Positions 48,985-59,774 of a stretch of DNA of 64,000 nt are shown here, piece after piece. This DNA is from Acidobacteriota bacterium. GTDB taxonomy: Bacteria; Acidobacteriota; UBA6911; RPQK01; JADFOI01. The stretch spans positions 2,880,001 through 2,944,000 of the forward strand of contig OY760074.1 of NCBI GenBank assembly GCA_963663035.1, in the 5' to 3' direction. Under the pieces are notes generated by a model. The model did no database searches, had not been told where the DNA came from, and saw only the letters and a program-made list of their open reading frames with translations. How positions within the stretch are numbered: position 1 is the first letter of the stretch; each line of letters starts with the position of its first letter. A program made the position numbers and the translations under genes.

Positions 48985-49611
48985 ATGGCTGAACTGACTC
49001 GTTCCATCCATCCAAGGGCAGGATTTGAGGAAGCAGAAGGTCTCGTCCTGCGTTTGAAGGAAAGGGACGAGGCAGCTTTCGAGGAAGTGTTTCTGCTGTA
49101 CAAGGATCTGATCTTCAATCTCTCTTTCAGCATGTTGGCAGATAAGTCTGAAGCGATGGACATCACCCAGGAAGTCTTTCTCACCCTTTACCGGAAAATT
49201 CACCGATTCCGTGGAGAGTGCAGTTTGAAGACATGGCTTTATCGCGTTGCTCTCAACCAGGTCGCTAATCGCAATCGGTGGTGGAGACGGCGCTTTCGAC
49301 ATCGAACGATCTCCTTGGACTTGAACCCAACGCTTGAGCAGCAAAAGAGTGTAGATCCGATTTCGGATGGTCCCGGGCCGGACCGGCGGCTACTCTCTGT
49401 GGAAGTGAGAAAGGCCCTTCGAGAGGGCTTGGATCAGCTTCCATTTGACCAGCGAGCCGCCGTGACCTTGCGGGACATGCATGGATTGAGGTACCAGGAG
49501 ATCGCTGACGTAATGGGAGCCAACATGGGAACCGTGAAATCACGCATTGTTCGTGGTCGAGGGACACTGAGGGAGTTCTTGAAACCCTATTGGGGAAGAG
49601 GGGCTGTATGA
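48985..49611 (+). CDS. ECF RNA polymerase sigma factor
   Basis: DITQEVF, TWLYRVA, YQEIA, GTVKSR. Confidence 0.95.
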   Translation: MAELTRSIHPRAGFEEAEGLVLRLKERDEAAFEEVFLLYKDLIFNLSFSMLADKSEAMDITQEVFLTLYRKIHRFRGECSLKTWLYRVALNQVANRNRWWRRRFRHRTISLDLNPTLEQQKSVDPISDGPGPDRRLLSVEVRKALREGLDQLPFDQRAAVTLRDMHGLRYQEIADVMGANMGTVKSRIVRGRGTLREFLKPYWGRGAV

Positions 49612-50339
49612 CCTGTCGAGAATTACGCCAAAGGATTCACGAGTTTCTGGATGGCGAGTTGCCGCCCAAAGACTTCGCTGTCTTGAACGAGCATCTTCAG
49701 CAATGTGCCGGGTGCCAGCGGTACCACGATGAGTTCACTTGGGTCACAGAAGCCCTCTCCTTCGAACGCCTACCCCAGTCGGTACAAGAGGCACTCTGGA
49801 AACGTGTCAAGAGCCGGGCTGAGGCCAATTTTAAAACACGAATTTGGGGACTTTGGGACGACTTCCGCACTTTCTGGCGTGACCTGGATCGCAGCCTCTT
49901 GTGGTCGAAACTGACAGCTGCACCGGTCACTTTGGCATTCTTTGTGGCCATTTTGACCCAGTTTGGACAGGTCGATTTTCAGGACTGGACCTATCCAATG
50001 ATGGCCACTGTTTCGCCCTCCTCAAGTCCTGTCTCGGGACCGAAGATTATTCAGGTTTCCGTTCGCTATAGGGGTACGGAAATAGAAGAGCTCATGAGCG
50101 CAGTGTGGAAGATGCCCTTCGAGGACTCCTTGTCTTTGGTGGCCGCAATCACACCAGAAGGCTTCGCTGAAGTTGGAGATGTTTTGGAATACCCAAAGAG
50201 TCAGGAGCTTCTCAGAGCCATTTCTCTGACTCTCCGGGGCAGCCAGTTTCAGCCGGCAGGCGGGCAGAGTCTCGACCACCCTTTTGTGATTTATTCCTTC
50301 CAGAAAGTCGACGTTTACGAAGATTACAGAGGGCTTTGA
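49608..50339 (+). CDS. zf-HC2 anti-sigma factor
   Basis: MTC...HLQQCAGC, one TM; ATGA overlap with sigma stop. Confidence 0.88.
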   Translation: MTCRELRQRIHEFLDGELPPKDFAVLNEHLQQCAGCQRYHDEFTWVTEALSFERLPQSVQEALWKRVKSRAEANFKTRIWGLWDDFRTFWRDLDRSLLWSKLTAAPVTLAFFVAILTQFGQVDFQDWTYPMMATVSPSSSPVSGPKIIQVSVRYRGTEIEELMSAVWKMPFEDSLSLVAAITPEGFAEVGDVLEYPKSQELLRAISLTLRGSQFQPAGGQSLDHPFVIYSFQKVDVYEDYRGL

Positions 50340-52539
50340 TTACCGGATTGATACGGTTGTCTTGCTGGTCGCAATGTTGCCCACAGAGTCGACTACGCGC
50401 AGGGTGATGGCATGCTCACCTGGCTCCAGGCTGGCAATCCCAACCGTATACTCTTCGGAATCACTATCAGCGATTCCATCTTCCGGGAAGAGAATGTTCC
50501 ACTCTCCCGCATCGACTGAATACTCGGCTTGGTAGATGACACTTCCGCTGGTGTGAGCACTGAATTGCAAGGTAGCCTGAGTTCCCTCCACTTGAGGGGG
50601 GCTCAGTTCCAGGGCCGGGGACGCATTGGCGATCACAAAGGACTTGCTGACCAGTTCACCTTCCAATGCTTGTGCTGCCGGGTTACTGGCACGGTCCGAG
50701 ACCACGACTTTGACGAAGTAAACTCCATCGGGAAAGCTCACTCCATCGAAGGTGTAGTAGGCCGCATACAGGCCTTCTTCTAAAAGCTTCCATGTGTTCT
50801 CGTCCCGGCTACGATAAGAAAGAGAGTAGGTGAGGTCATCACCGTTCAGGTCTTCTGCAGTCCAGGAGATACTCTGGGCACCTGCAGAAAAGACCTGACG
50901 AGGGGGTAGCTGATCTGCTGGCGTGCCTAAATCACGGACCGCTCGGGGCAGCGAGCGAAGGTGCGCTTGGCCGGGACCACCGGGGGAAACTCCACCAGCA
51001 GGATTGGGGATGACTGTTCGGATAAAAGCCACTCCAGGGGCATGAATGGTAAGAGAGGTGAGTTGAGGAGACCTGTTGCGCTGGATATAACTGACTGTCA
51101 CTGATTCAACGGCATTGCGCTGCGACGTCAAGGCTGTGGCCTCTCCCTCTTGGAGGAATTCCATTTTCCACTGCAGGAATCGAGCCGGAACACTTTCAAT
51201 GTGGCTCCCAGCGGGGTCACTGGTAGGAAGCACTCCAGTCGCTCCAGGTCTGGTCCGGAACTTCGGTATTGCCCGAGCGGGTGTAGACTTTGACGGCTCG
51301 ATAAGTGGAATTGCTCATCCGCCACTCAATCACTCCCCACGAGGCAAGCATGGTGGCGTCCAGGACTTTCGACTCGTACACACCATCGCTCGAGGTGCGG
51401 GACAGCAATTGGAACACCCGGCCCAGATTGCTGGTTGCGGCGTAGATTGTCCCCTGCCACTCGAGCAGTTGAGTGACCTGTTCCTCCGAAGTCTGGGTCA
51501 GAAAGGTTACGAATTTTCGGGGGTCAATCGAGATGATTCGTCCCTTGTTTCCCGTGCCCACCAGCAAATTGCCATTGTCTCGCATGAGCAAATCAAAGGC
51601 CAGTTCATCATTGGAAGCGTAGAGAAGATCAACCAAACCTCCCTTATCAACCTTATAAATCTCCAGCACTGACCCATTTTCCGTCCCCGAAATTTTCAGT
51701 GTGACCTCTCCAGCAGCTGTCCGGGATAACTACCGTGATGTCTGAGCAGGGGACTGAAGGACAGCCTCATTGTCCCCGTCCTCTGGCCTCGAGACTGCAG
51801 CTGCATAGATATTTCCATACCGATCCACTGTAAGGGCTTTGATCTCCTGGAGAGGTGAGTCGTAGATCACGAAGGGCGATCCGTTGGAGGAAATGCGAAA
51901 CAGTAAACCTCCCGGGGCAGTTCCCGCCAAAAGCTTTCCCTCCAGATCCCACTCCAGAGCGGTAATGTGGGTCTGCCCGCTGTCGTAGAAAACACCGCCC
52001 TCTCCCTGTGGATTGACCTTGTAGATCACTCCTGCGGGTCCGGTTCCAACGAAGAGATTATTCTGAGCATCCATGGCCAGAGTCCAAATGTACTTTTCGC
52101 CTGGATCAAAGAAGACTTGAGCTTCTCCTCGATCGTTCACTCGGTACACTTTGCCATCAGGTCCAGCCCCAGCATAAATTCGGTCCGTGGAGTCAACTGC
52201 CAAGGCATAGACCCCAGGATATTCCAGCCGGGCCCATTCTGCTCCACGCCCGCTGGAATCGACACGAAAGATCTTTCCATTATTCCCGCTACCCAGATAG
52301 AGGTTACCGGCCTTATCCATGACTGCAGAATAGATGAAGGCTTCTTCACTATCGAGCACCTGTTCAATGGCTGGTGCCAAAATCAGTTTTCCGTCGCTGG
52401 TGACGGAAACTCCATTTAATTCACCCTGGAGAAATTCACTCTGTTGGGAGGTCGTCCAGCGGACGGGCTGAGTGGCTTCCAGGAGAAGACCCGAAACAAG
52501 CAAGAAGGTCGCAAATCCTAGAAGACGTCTGTAATTCAT
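50340..52539 (-). pseudogene. Secreted beta-propeller/Ig-domain protein interrupted by an in-frame TAG (51730-51732) and a frameshift (about 51222)
   Basis: ORFs 51730-52539 and 51217-51669 share one frame; WSDWSASY joins SDPAGS...ARFLQWK in a shifted frame. Confidence 0.8.
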
Positions 52540-52567
52540 CTCTTTAAAGTGTTTGGAAGATTCGTGT

Positions 52568-54376
52568 CTACTGGACGTTCACGCTGATCTCCTGCCATCC
52601 ATTCAGAACGAAATCTGTGGCCGGCAGCTCGTGTTCAACGTATATCACCCTACTGATCGGCAAAACGTCGCCAGAGGTCTTCTCAGAACCGTAGAGTGCC
52701 AGTAGGGAGGGAGGAAGGTCAGGCATTCCCTCTCCCGCAATCACTGATCCTGATTGCTCACGCGTCAAGCGGATATACAGACGATCGTTCTTCTTCAAGT
52801 TGTTAATCGCTTTAATCAGCTGCTGCAAGCTCTCCGGGACAAACTCGCCCCGGCCGTCACCGGCATCCTTTCGAGCCAGTGACAAGCCATCGGCGACCAC
52901 GACCCTCAGAGGACCGGCGCCGACTTCCTCGGGAATCTTCAGCGGGTATTTCTCGATCATTGTCTCGCCATTGGATTGGCGCAAAAACACCGTCAGATTG
53001 ACTTCCTCTCCCGGGTCTGCTTCCAACTGGTCCAGCCACACCTTTTCCAATGTGGCTTCTCGAGTCTGTTCGACCGCTGTGATTTCGATATTGATTTTCT
53101 CCATGACCAGGTCCTCAAATCCACTGGTCAACAGAAAGTTCACCGGAGTAGCTGCGGCCAGTGCAGCGACAACGGAACCGCTCATCAGATCGGAAACACT
53201 GCTCTCGAACTTGATATCCTGTTGCCCTTTTACCGATATGGTGCATTTGACTTGCAGAGTCTGTCCGCCAATGGATCGTTCTGAGGAAACGATGCTGCTG
53301 TGGACCGCAAAGCTCATCAGAAAAGGAGTGAGAAAGGCGTCCGTTACGACTTCGAAATTCAACTGTTTGAGTTCATTCCGGCTGGTGTGGAGCTTCAAAT
53401 CAACCGGTATGAGTTGAGGCCTCTCTCCGGCCACACCCATAATTCCCGTGGCACGATCCTGTTTGATACTCCCGATGAATCCGATCGGCGCCGAGACCTT
53501 CTGGCTGGTCATCAAACTGGGAATAATGGTCAGTACGGCCGCCTGACTCAGAGGTAAGTCCGTGTAACCGATGCTCAGAAAAGGGTGACCAAAAGCATAG
53601 ATCTTGGACCCATCGATGAAGGTAACAGTGCCACTGGCACTGACATCCACGTCTCCCCTGACCAGCTGGACGCTGATTGTCGAACCGGCCTGCAGAGGAA
53701 CATTCTCAAAGTCTTCCATTCTGGCACTACCCATACCCCCCACCGGGACCAGACCCAGGGACTCCAGCTGAGAGGCAAAGGGCTCAATGGAGCTGGCCGA
53801 AAAGCCAGAGAGATTTAAGGGCGTAGCGATCGGCTGCAGCCTTCCAAAGTTCCGTCCACGAGTGACTGCAGGATCTACGAAAAATCGGGGGTTTTCAAAG
53901 TGAGAGAAAAAGGACGGCGACTGTGCCACCTGATACATTTCCTGAGGATTGACACTTCGGAGAATCCGAGGGCGGGCTCCAGGATTTTCCTTGAAGATGT
54001 CAAGCATTTCACGGATGGGAGTGATGCCGACAATGGGTTCTTTGGCGAAGGGAAAGGAGAAGGCAACCGCTCCAATCAACTTGTCCTCAATGTAGACGGG
54101 GCTTCCACTCATTCTGGCAAACACTCCCGTGGAGTCAATCGATGCACCCGCCAGCCGCGCCAAAATCATATTGTGTTTCGGCCCGACGTTCTCCAGAACA
54201 CCCAGAATTTCAACCTGGAAAGTTTCTACCCGGGTCCCTTTGAAGACTGTCTTTCCGTATCCCTCTTGCCCCGACTTGATCGATTCCAGAGGATAGAAGT
54301 CAGCCGACTGGCCAGTCAGGGGAATGCTAGCCAGGAACGATAGGGCCAAGATCTGACCCAGTTGCCGAAAACTCAT
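52568..54376 (-). CDS. SpoIVB-like peptidase S55 domain protein
   Basis: MSGSPVY, KLIGAV, GITPI, AFGHPF; signal peptide from ATG 54376. Confidence 0.88.
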   Translation of the reverse strand: MSFRQLGQILALSFLASIPLTGQSADFYPLESIKSGQEGYGKTVFKGTRVETFQVEILGVLENVGPKHNMILARLAGASIDSTGVFARMSGSPVYIEDKLIGAVAFSFPFAKEPIVGITPIREMLDIFKENPGARPRILRSVNPQEMYQVAQSPSFFSHFENPRFFVDPAVTRGRNFGRLQPIATPLNLSGFSASSIEPFASQLESLGLVPVGGMGSARMEDFENVPLQAGSTISVQLVRGDVDVSASGTVTFIDGSKIYAFGHPFLSIGYTDLPLSQAAVLTIIPSLMTSQKVSAPIGFIGSIKQDRATGIMGVAGERPQLIPVDLKLHTSRNELKQLNFEVVTDAFLTPFLMSFAVHSSIVSSERSIGGQTLQVKCTISVKGQQDIKFESSVSDLMSGSVVAALAAATPVNFLLTSGFEDLVMEKINIEITAVEQTREATLEKVWLDQLEADPGEEVNLTVFLRQSNGETMIEKYPLKIPEEVGAGPLRVVVADGLSLARKDAGDGRGEFVPESLQQLIKAINNLKKNDRLYIRLTREQSGSVIAGEGMPDLPPSLLALYGSEKTSGDVLPISRVIYVEHELPATDFVLNGWQEISVNVQ

Positions 54377-54550
54377 TTTGGAAGAACCTCTCTGCTCTGG
54401 GCTGTCGCTCCACCAGAATACCGAGTGAGAATTCTCCGGGTCAATGATTCTGGCACTCAGAGGCACTTTGTCAGTGTCGCCTGTCAAAATTAGTCCACAT
54501 GTTTTCTCCACAGACAGTCTTGCCTAGCCTGATGTCAGACGGAAGTCTCA

Positions 54551-57500
54551 ATGCTTAGACTTGATCGGCTGGAACTAACTGGATTTAAATCGTTTGCGGA
54601 GAAAACCTCCATTCAGTTCGAGGGGGGAATCAGCAGCATCGTCGGACCCAACGGCTGTGGCAAGTCCAACCTGGCAGATGCCATCGGTTGGGTGCTGGGT
54701 AGTGGGAGCGCTCAAAGCCTTCGGGGCCAGAGAATGGATGATGTGATCTTCAGCGGAACCCGCAAACGCCGACCCTCCGGGCTGGTAGACGCAACCCTGG
54801 TCTTTTCTCGAGACGACAACAAGCCAATCGTTCTGAAAGAAACGGAGTTTTCCGGTGAAATCCTGGAGATTGGCCGCAAGCTTTATCGTTCCGGGGAAAG
54901 TGTCTACACAGTGAACCAGCGGCGTTGTCGGCTCAAAGACATCCATTCAGTGCTGGAAGAGGCAGGGCTCGGTTTCGCCTCTTACGCCCTCATTGCCCAA
55001 GGGAAGATTGGTTGGTTCCTGCGCGCCAAACCGGTGGAGCGACGTTCGGTCATTGAAGAGGCTGCCTGCATCACGGGATATAAGAGCAGACGGCGCAGTG
55101 CCGAAGTGAAGTTGGAACTGGCACAGCAGAACCTGCTGCGTGTGAACGATATCATTAGCGAGATAGAACGCCGACTCCGCTCGCTCAAGCGTCAGGCCGC
55201 CCAAGCCCGAAGCTACAAAAGAGTGAAGGAAGAATTCCGCCAGGTCCAGCGCCAGAAGTTTGTGCTGGAAGCACATCAGTTGAGAGTGGGTCTCCAGAGT
55301 CTGGACCGGGAGTTGGACCAGCTCAAAAAATCTGACGAAAATCTGAGCAAGGAACTGGTTCAAGGCGAGGAAGCTCATCGCGAGACTTTGAACAAGAGAG
55401 AACAACTGGAATCAGGACTTTCTCAGCTACGACAGACTTCATCAGAAACTCGACTGGAAACAGATCGGACTGAGAATTCAATTCAGTACCATGGTGAGCA
55501 AATCGAGGCCAGCCGAAAATCTCTGGAAATCAATGCCTCAGAACAACAAACGATTGCACAATCCCTGGAAAAGGTTGGGGAGGAGTTAACGCGTTTTCTC
55601 TCCGAGTGTATTACCTTGGAGAAAGAAGAGGAACAGATTGAAGCGGCCATCAACGAACAGACTGAAGTGGTTAACCGACATGAAGCTGAGGTGAAAGAAG
55701 CCGAGGGTCGGGCCCTGGAGCTTCAAACCCGGCTGCCTCGTCTGTCAGCCGAGACAGCCTCCTTCAACAACCTCAAGGGACAACTTGAGCAGCGGCTCCA
55801 GGCCGCTCACTCCAACCGCGAGCGTCTGGAGAGGGCACGAGCCAGTTCTTTGTTGAAGTTGAAAGAGAGCACGGCTTCCTTGACAACGACAAGGAGCAGC
55901 CTTGCAAAGAAGAAATCAGAGACAACTCTGCTGGCTCAGCGCTTGGATGAGCAAGAGACCCAGAAGCTGAATCTCCAACGGCAGTTGGAGGAAACCAAGG
56001 GGGAAGCAGAGGAGGCCCACCAGAAATTCATCGCCCAACGGGAACGACTTCACTCCCTTCAAGAGCTCCAGCTCAGTCATGCCCAGTACAGCGATGGAGT
56101 ACAGAGTATCCTGAAACACCTCAAGGCCACCGAAAGCGTAAGAACTGGGGGTACCCTGGCTGAATGCATTGAGACCAGTCCGCGCTATGAAAAGATGGTG
56201 GAAAAGTTTCTCGAAGAGGAGCTGGAATATATTCTTGTGGATTCCCTGGATGAGGCGCTCGTTGGAATCTCAGAGTTGAGAACACTGAAAAGCGGACGGT
56301 GTACTTTCCTGGCTCTTTCTTCATCCAATGGTTTTCAAAAAAGTAATTCCCACAACCCCATAGTTGGAGCTTCATCAGGTAACGGTGTTCACGGAATGCT
56401 GAGCGACTTGTTGCAGATGAACCCTGAAATCAAGAAGGCTTTTAACCGCGCCTTACCCCAGAGAGCAGAAGCTATCGTGGTTTCCAACCTGGAGAAAGCT
56501 CTTGAACTCGCTCCCCAAAATCCTGAGCGCACTTTTATCACCTTGGACGGGGAATCCCTCACTCCCCGCGGATTGCTGTCGGCAAGTGCCGTCCAGGAGC
56601 AAGAACTGGGGCTGCTGAGTCTGAAGAGACAGAAAAGAGACCTGGAAAATACGATTCTGGAGGTCCAGAAGAGAAGCCAAACGCTTCGAGAGAAACAGGA
56701 ACAACAGCAAGAACAGCTACGCGAGACTCTAAAGTTCTTTACAGACAAGGAAGAATCCCTTCGCCAGTTGGAAAGGGAAATGATCGGCTTGACTCACCTG
56801 GAAGAACAGTGGGAAAGGGAACAAACACTACAAGAGCAGGCGCTGAAGGTCATTGAAGGTGAGATGGCCCAGCTACTGCTTGAACAAGAGCAGCATGCCA
56901 GGGAGATCACAGAAGTCGAAGAGCAATTAGCCGAAAAGAAAGGCCAGCAGGCCTCAAAGGAGAAGCTGCTGTCGCAGACTCAGGACTCCTTGCAACAGCT
57001 CAGGGTAGAGCTCGGGCGGATTCGCGAGCAGCTTCATTCGCGCTCCTCTGATCACAAGGTCTTGGGTGAACGGCGCCTGGCACTCGACCGAGCCGTGGAA
57101 CGGCTAGAGGAACAACGACAAGCTTTTGAGGTTCGCAAAGAAATCACCCAAACAACTCAGCAACAACATGAAGAACGATTGGAGAAGATGACGGCAGCTC
57201 TTGAAACCTTGAGGGCAGACTTCTCCCGCTACCAGAAAGAAGCAGCGCAACTGGCTTCCACTCTCCAGGAGCGGGAAGAGGAATATGAGAGGTGGAAAGA
57301 AGATTATCCGAAGACAGAGGAGGGGTTGGTCGCTTCTCGAGGACGCAAGGCTGAGTTGCAGGAAGAGCGGGCTCAGGTGGATGTCCAGCGGGCACGGGTG
57401 GAGACTCAACTCCAACACATCAACCAGCAGGTCTTGGAGCAACTTCAAATGTCTCTGGATGAGGCTGCTGAAGGAATCGATCCGAAGCAGGTGAGTGAAG

Positions 57501-58135
57501 AGGTTGGCCAGCAACACAGTGATCTCAAGGTGCGCCTGGATCGGTTCGGTCCAATCAATATGGCCGCCTTGCAGGAATACCAGGACATTGAAAAGCGTTT
57601 CAATTTTCTCGACTCACAGCGCCAAGACATTGAGAAATCGATTGCTGACACCACACGGGCGATCCAGGAAATCAATCGACGAAGCCGAGAAAAGTTCAGC
57701 CATGCCTTTGAAGCGATCAATTCACACTTCAACGAGATTTTTCAAAAGCTCTTTGGAGGTGGCGAATGTGGGATGCGGCTCTTGGACGAAGAAGATCTTC
57801 TGGAGAGCGGTCTGGATATCTATGCCCAGCCTCCTGGGAAGAAACTTCAAAACGTCAGGCTTCTCTCAGGCGGAGAAGAGGCGCTGACGGTGTTTGCCCT
57901 TCTGATGGCCATTTTCACTCACCGCCCCAGCCGCTTTTGTGTCCTCGATGAAGTGGACGCACCTCTTGACGATGCCAATGTTGTCCGTTTCACAAACCTT
58001 ATTCAGCAGATGAGCGAGCAAACTCAGTTCATTGTCATTACTCATAACAAGCACACAATGAAGTCGGCCAATGCTCTTTACGGTATCACCATGGAGGAAG
58101 CGGGCGTTTCTCAGGTGGTGTCGGTAAAACTTTAG
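54551..58135 (+). CDS. smc: Chromosome segregation protein SMC
   Basis: GFKSF, GPNGCGKSN, coiled coils and hinge, LSGGE, LDEVDAPLD, ITH. Confidence 0.96.
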   Translation: MLRLDRLELTGFKSFAEKTSIQFEGGISSIVGPNGCGKSNLADAIGWVLGSGSAQSLRGQRMDDVIFSGTRKRRPSGLVDATLVFSRDDNKPIVLKETEFSGEILEIGRKLYRSGESVYTVNQRRCRLKDIHSVLEEAGLGFASYALIAQGKIGWFLRAKPVERRSVIEEAACITGYKSRRRSAEVKLELAQQNLLRVNDIISEIERRLRSLKRQAAQARSYKRVKEEFRQVQRQKFVLEAHQLRVGLQSLDRELDQLKKSDENLSKELVQGEEAHRETLNKREQLESGLSQLRQTSSETRLETDRTENSIQYHGEQIEASRKSLEINASEQQTIAQSLEKVGEELTRFLSECITLEKEEEQIEAAINEQTEVVNRHEAEVKEAEGRALELQTRLPRLSAETASFNNLKGQLEQRLQAAHSNRERLERARASSLLKLKESTASLTTTRSSLAKKKSETTLLAQRLDEQETQKLNLQRQLEETKGEAEEAHQKFIAQRERLHSLQELQLSHAQYSDGVQSILKHLKATESVRTGGTLAECIETSPRYEKMVEKFLEEELEYILVDSLDEALVGISELRTLKSGRCTFLALSSSNGFQKSNSHNPIVGASSGNGVHGMLSDLLQMNPEIKKAFNRALPQRAEAIVVSNLEKALELAPQNPERTFITLDGESLTPRGLLSASAVQEQELGLLSLKRQKRDLENTILEVQKRSQTLREKQEQQQEQLRETLKFFTDKEESLRQLEREMIGLTHLEEQWEREQTLQEQALKVIEGEMAQLLLEQEQHAREITEVEEQLAEKKGQQASKEKLLSQTQDSLQQLRVELGRIREQLHSRSSDHKVLGERRLALDRAVERLEEQRQAFEVRKEITQTTQQQHEERLEKMTAALETLRADFSRYQKEAAQLASTLQEREEEYERWKEDYPKTEEGLVASRGRKAELQEERAQVDVQRARVETQLQHINQQVLEQLQMSLDEAAEGIDPKQVSEEVGQQHSDLKVRLDRFGPINMAALQEYQDIEKRFNFLDSQRQDIEKSIADTTRAIQEINRRSREKFSHAFEAINSHFNEIFQKLFGGGECGMRLLDEEDLLESGLDIYAQPPGKKLQNVRLLSGGEEALTVFALLMAIFTHRPSRFCVLDEVDAPLDDANVVRFTNLIQQMSEQTQFIVITHNKHTMKSANALYGITMEEAGVSQVVSVKL

Positions 58136-58283
58136 CCGAGATTATTCATAAGTTATCTACTGCAGTGCCGCAATCATCCACGCTGACTGCGTAGTGCGAC
58201 CCGCAAAGCGGGTACCCCTCGCACGCCTTGTCATCTCGGCGCCTGCGGCACTTCGTCACGAAAACCTATGAATAATCTCGGCT
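58134..58283 (+). repeat. Palindromic element type 1, short form; both ends overlap TAG stops
   Basis: Ends AGCCGAGATTATTCATA / TATGAATAATCTCGGCT. Confidence 0.92.
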
Positions 58284-58518
58284 AGCCTCTTCCCTTCTTC
58301 TCGATTCCGTGTTCCCGGATTTTCTTGGAGAGCGTATTTCGATGAACGCCCATGGTTTCGGCTGCGCGGCTCAGGCTTCCATTCGTTTCCTTCAGGACGC
58401 GCAGGATAAAGAGCTTTTCGAACTGGGAAACGGCTTCAGACCAGTAAATTCCCTTGGTCACCATCTCATCAATGAGCTTCTCGAGTACCTGTTTGATTTT
58501 GGTCTGTTCGGCGCTCAT
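58282..58518 (-). CDS. Fis-type helix-turn-helix protein
   Basis: FEKLFI, GSLSRAAETMGVHRNTLSKK. Confidence 0.88.
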   Translation of the reverse strand: MSAEQTKIKQVLEKLIDEMVTKGIYWSEAVSQFEKLFILRVLKETNGSLSRAAETMGVHRNTLSKKIREHGIEKKGRG

Positions 58519-59420
58519 AGCACTTCATCCAAGTTTCTGCCCGTCAGGCGAAAATAAGCTTCCAAGTAGCGCCTTGAGGTGGCTTCCACGATAGACTCGG
58601 GAAGCTCCGGGCCGGGAGGGGTTTTGTCCCAATCAAGCGTCTCTACAAAATCGCGAATGAATTGTTTGTCGAAGGAAGGCTGAGATTTTCCCGGTTCAAA
58701 TCCATCAGCCGGCCAGAATCGGGAGGAGTCCGGTGTGAGAGCCTCATCGATGAGGAGCAGGCGTGAGCCCTCCATACCGAATTCAAACTTGGTATCGCAA
58801 ATGATAATGCCTCTCTGAAAGGCAAGTTTTCGGGCTCGCTTGTAGAGTCGAAGGCTCAGGTCTCGTACCTGTTCCGCCAAGTCAGGTCCAATGATCTCGG
58901 CAGCACGCTCAAAGCTGATATTCTCGTCATGGCCCGTTTTCGCCTTGGTGGACGGAGTAAAAATCGGTTCAGGAAGCTCTTCTGACTCGCGCAGTCCCTT
59001 GGGCAACTGCTCTCCACAAATCGTTCCACTCTGGCGATATTCTTTCCAGCCCGACCCGGCCAGGTAACCCCGCACCACACACTCGATAGGAAGAGGACTA
59101 CACCTTCGAACCAGCATGGAACGACCTGCCAACTGCTCCCTGAAGGCACTCAGGGAAGCTGGAAACTCTTCCACCCGGACAGAGATGAGGTGATGAGGGA
59201 CAATCCCTTCCAGTTGCTCAAACCAAAAGGCAGAAAGTTGGGTCAAAACCTTCCCTTTCTGAGGGATCGCATCGGGCAATATCACGTCAAAGGCCGAAAT
59301 TCGATCAGTTGCAACCATGAGAAGCTGGTCGTCCAGCGAAAACATCTCCCTGACCTTTCCTTGGCAAACTTTGGGAATTCCAGGCAGTTCCTGCGTCTTG
59401 ATAGCTGTTTCTCGTCCCAC
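58515..59420 (-). CDS. purC: SAICAR synthetase
   Basis: GKVRE, TDRISAFD, ECVVRGY, DTKFEFG, TPDSSRFW, FDKQ. Confidence 0.96.
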   Translation of the reverse strand: MGRETAIKTQELPGIPKVCQGKVREMFSLDDQLLMVATDRISAFDVILPDAIPQKGKVLTQLSAFWFEQLEGIVPHHLISVRVEEFPASLSAFREQLAGRSMLVRRCSPLPIECVVRGYLAGSGWKEYRQSGTICGEQLPKGLRESEELPEPIFTPSTKAKTGHDENISFERAAEIIGPDLAEQVRDLSLRLYKRARKLAFQRGIIICDTKFEFGMEGSRLLLIDEALTPDSSRFWPADGFEPGKSQPSFDKQFIRDFVETLDWDKTPPGPELPESIVEATSRRYLEAYFRLTGRNLDEVL

Positions 59421-59437
59421 TGGCCTCTCTCCTCCCA

Positions 59438-59649
59438 AGCCGGCATCATGCATAAGTCATCTACTGCAGGGCCGCAATCATCCACGCTGACTGCGTTGTG
59501 CGACCCGCAAAGCGGGTACCCCTTGGGCTCCTCGGCGTACTGCATGAGTACGCCTGCGGGGCCCGACCCGCAAGCGGGTACCCCTCGCACGCCTTGTCAT
59601 CGCAGCGCCTGCGACCCTCCGTCACGATGACCTATGCATAATCCCGGCT
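59438..59649 (+). repeat. Palindromic element type 1, long form
   Basis: Very similar to 20638-20848. Confidence 0.92.
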
Positions 59650-59718
59650 AGTGATTCTATATGGAAGATGGGCAACAGGAAAACTTCCATCAGAAAAAGG
59701 GTTAAGTTTTCTAATCGC

Positions 59719-59774
59719 TTGACAGCCTGAAAAATCTGTTGCTATAGTTAGCAGTCAATCAAGGGGAGTGCTAA
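59719..59774 (+). promoter_or_regulatory. Sigma70 promoter and CIRCE (HrcA operator)
   Basis: TTGACA-N18-TATAGT; TTAGCAGTC-N9-GAGTGCTAA at 59748-59774, one mismatch to CIRCE. Confidence 0.9.

Noticed and set aside
51730-51732. Pyrrolysine or recoded TAG
   Set aside because: TAG is a normal stop for many genes here, the same gene also has a frameshift, and no pyl genes are seen
54551-58135. Wadjet/MksB-type defence SMC
   Set aside because: Canonical Smc length and motifs in a housekeeping context, with no jet/mks partner genes
59421-59453. Longer purC start (MHDAG...)
   Set aside because: That ATG lies inside the repeat; GTG at 59420 has a purine-rich RBS
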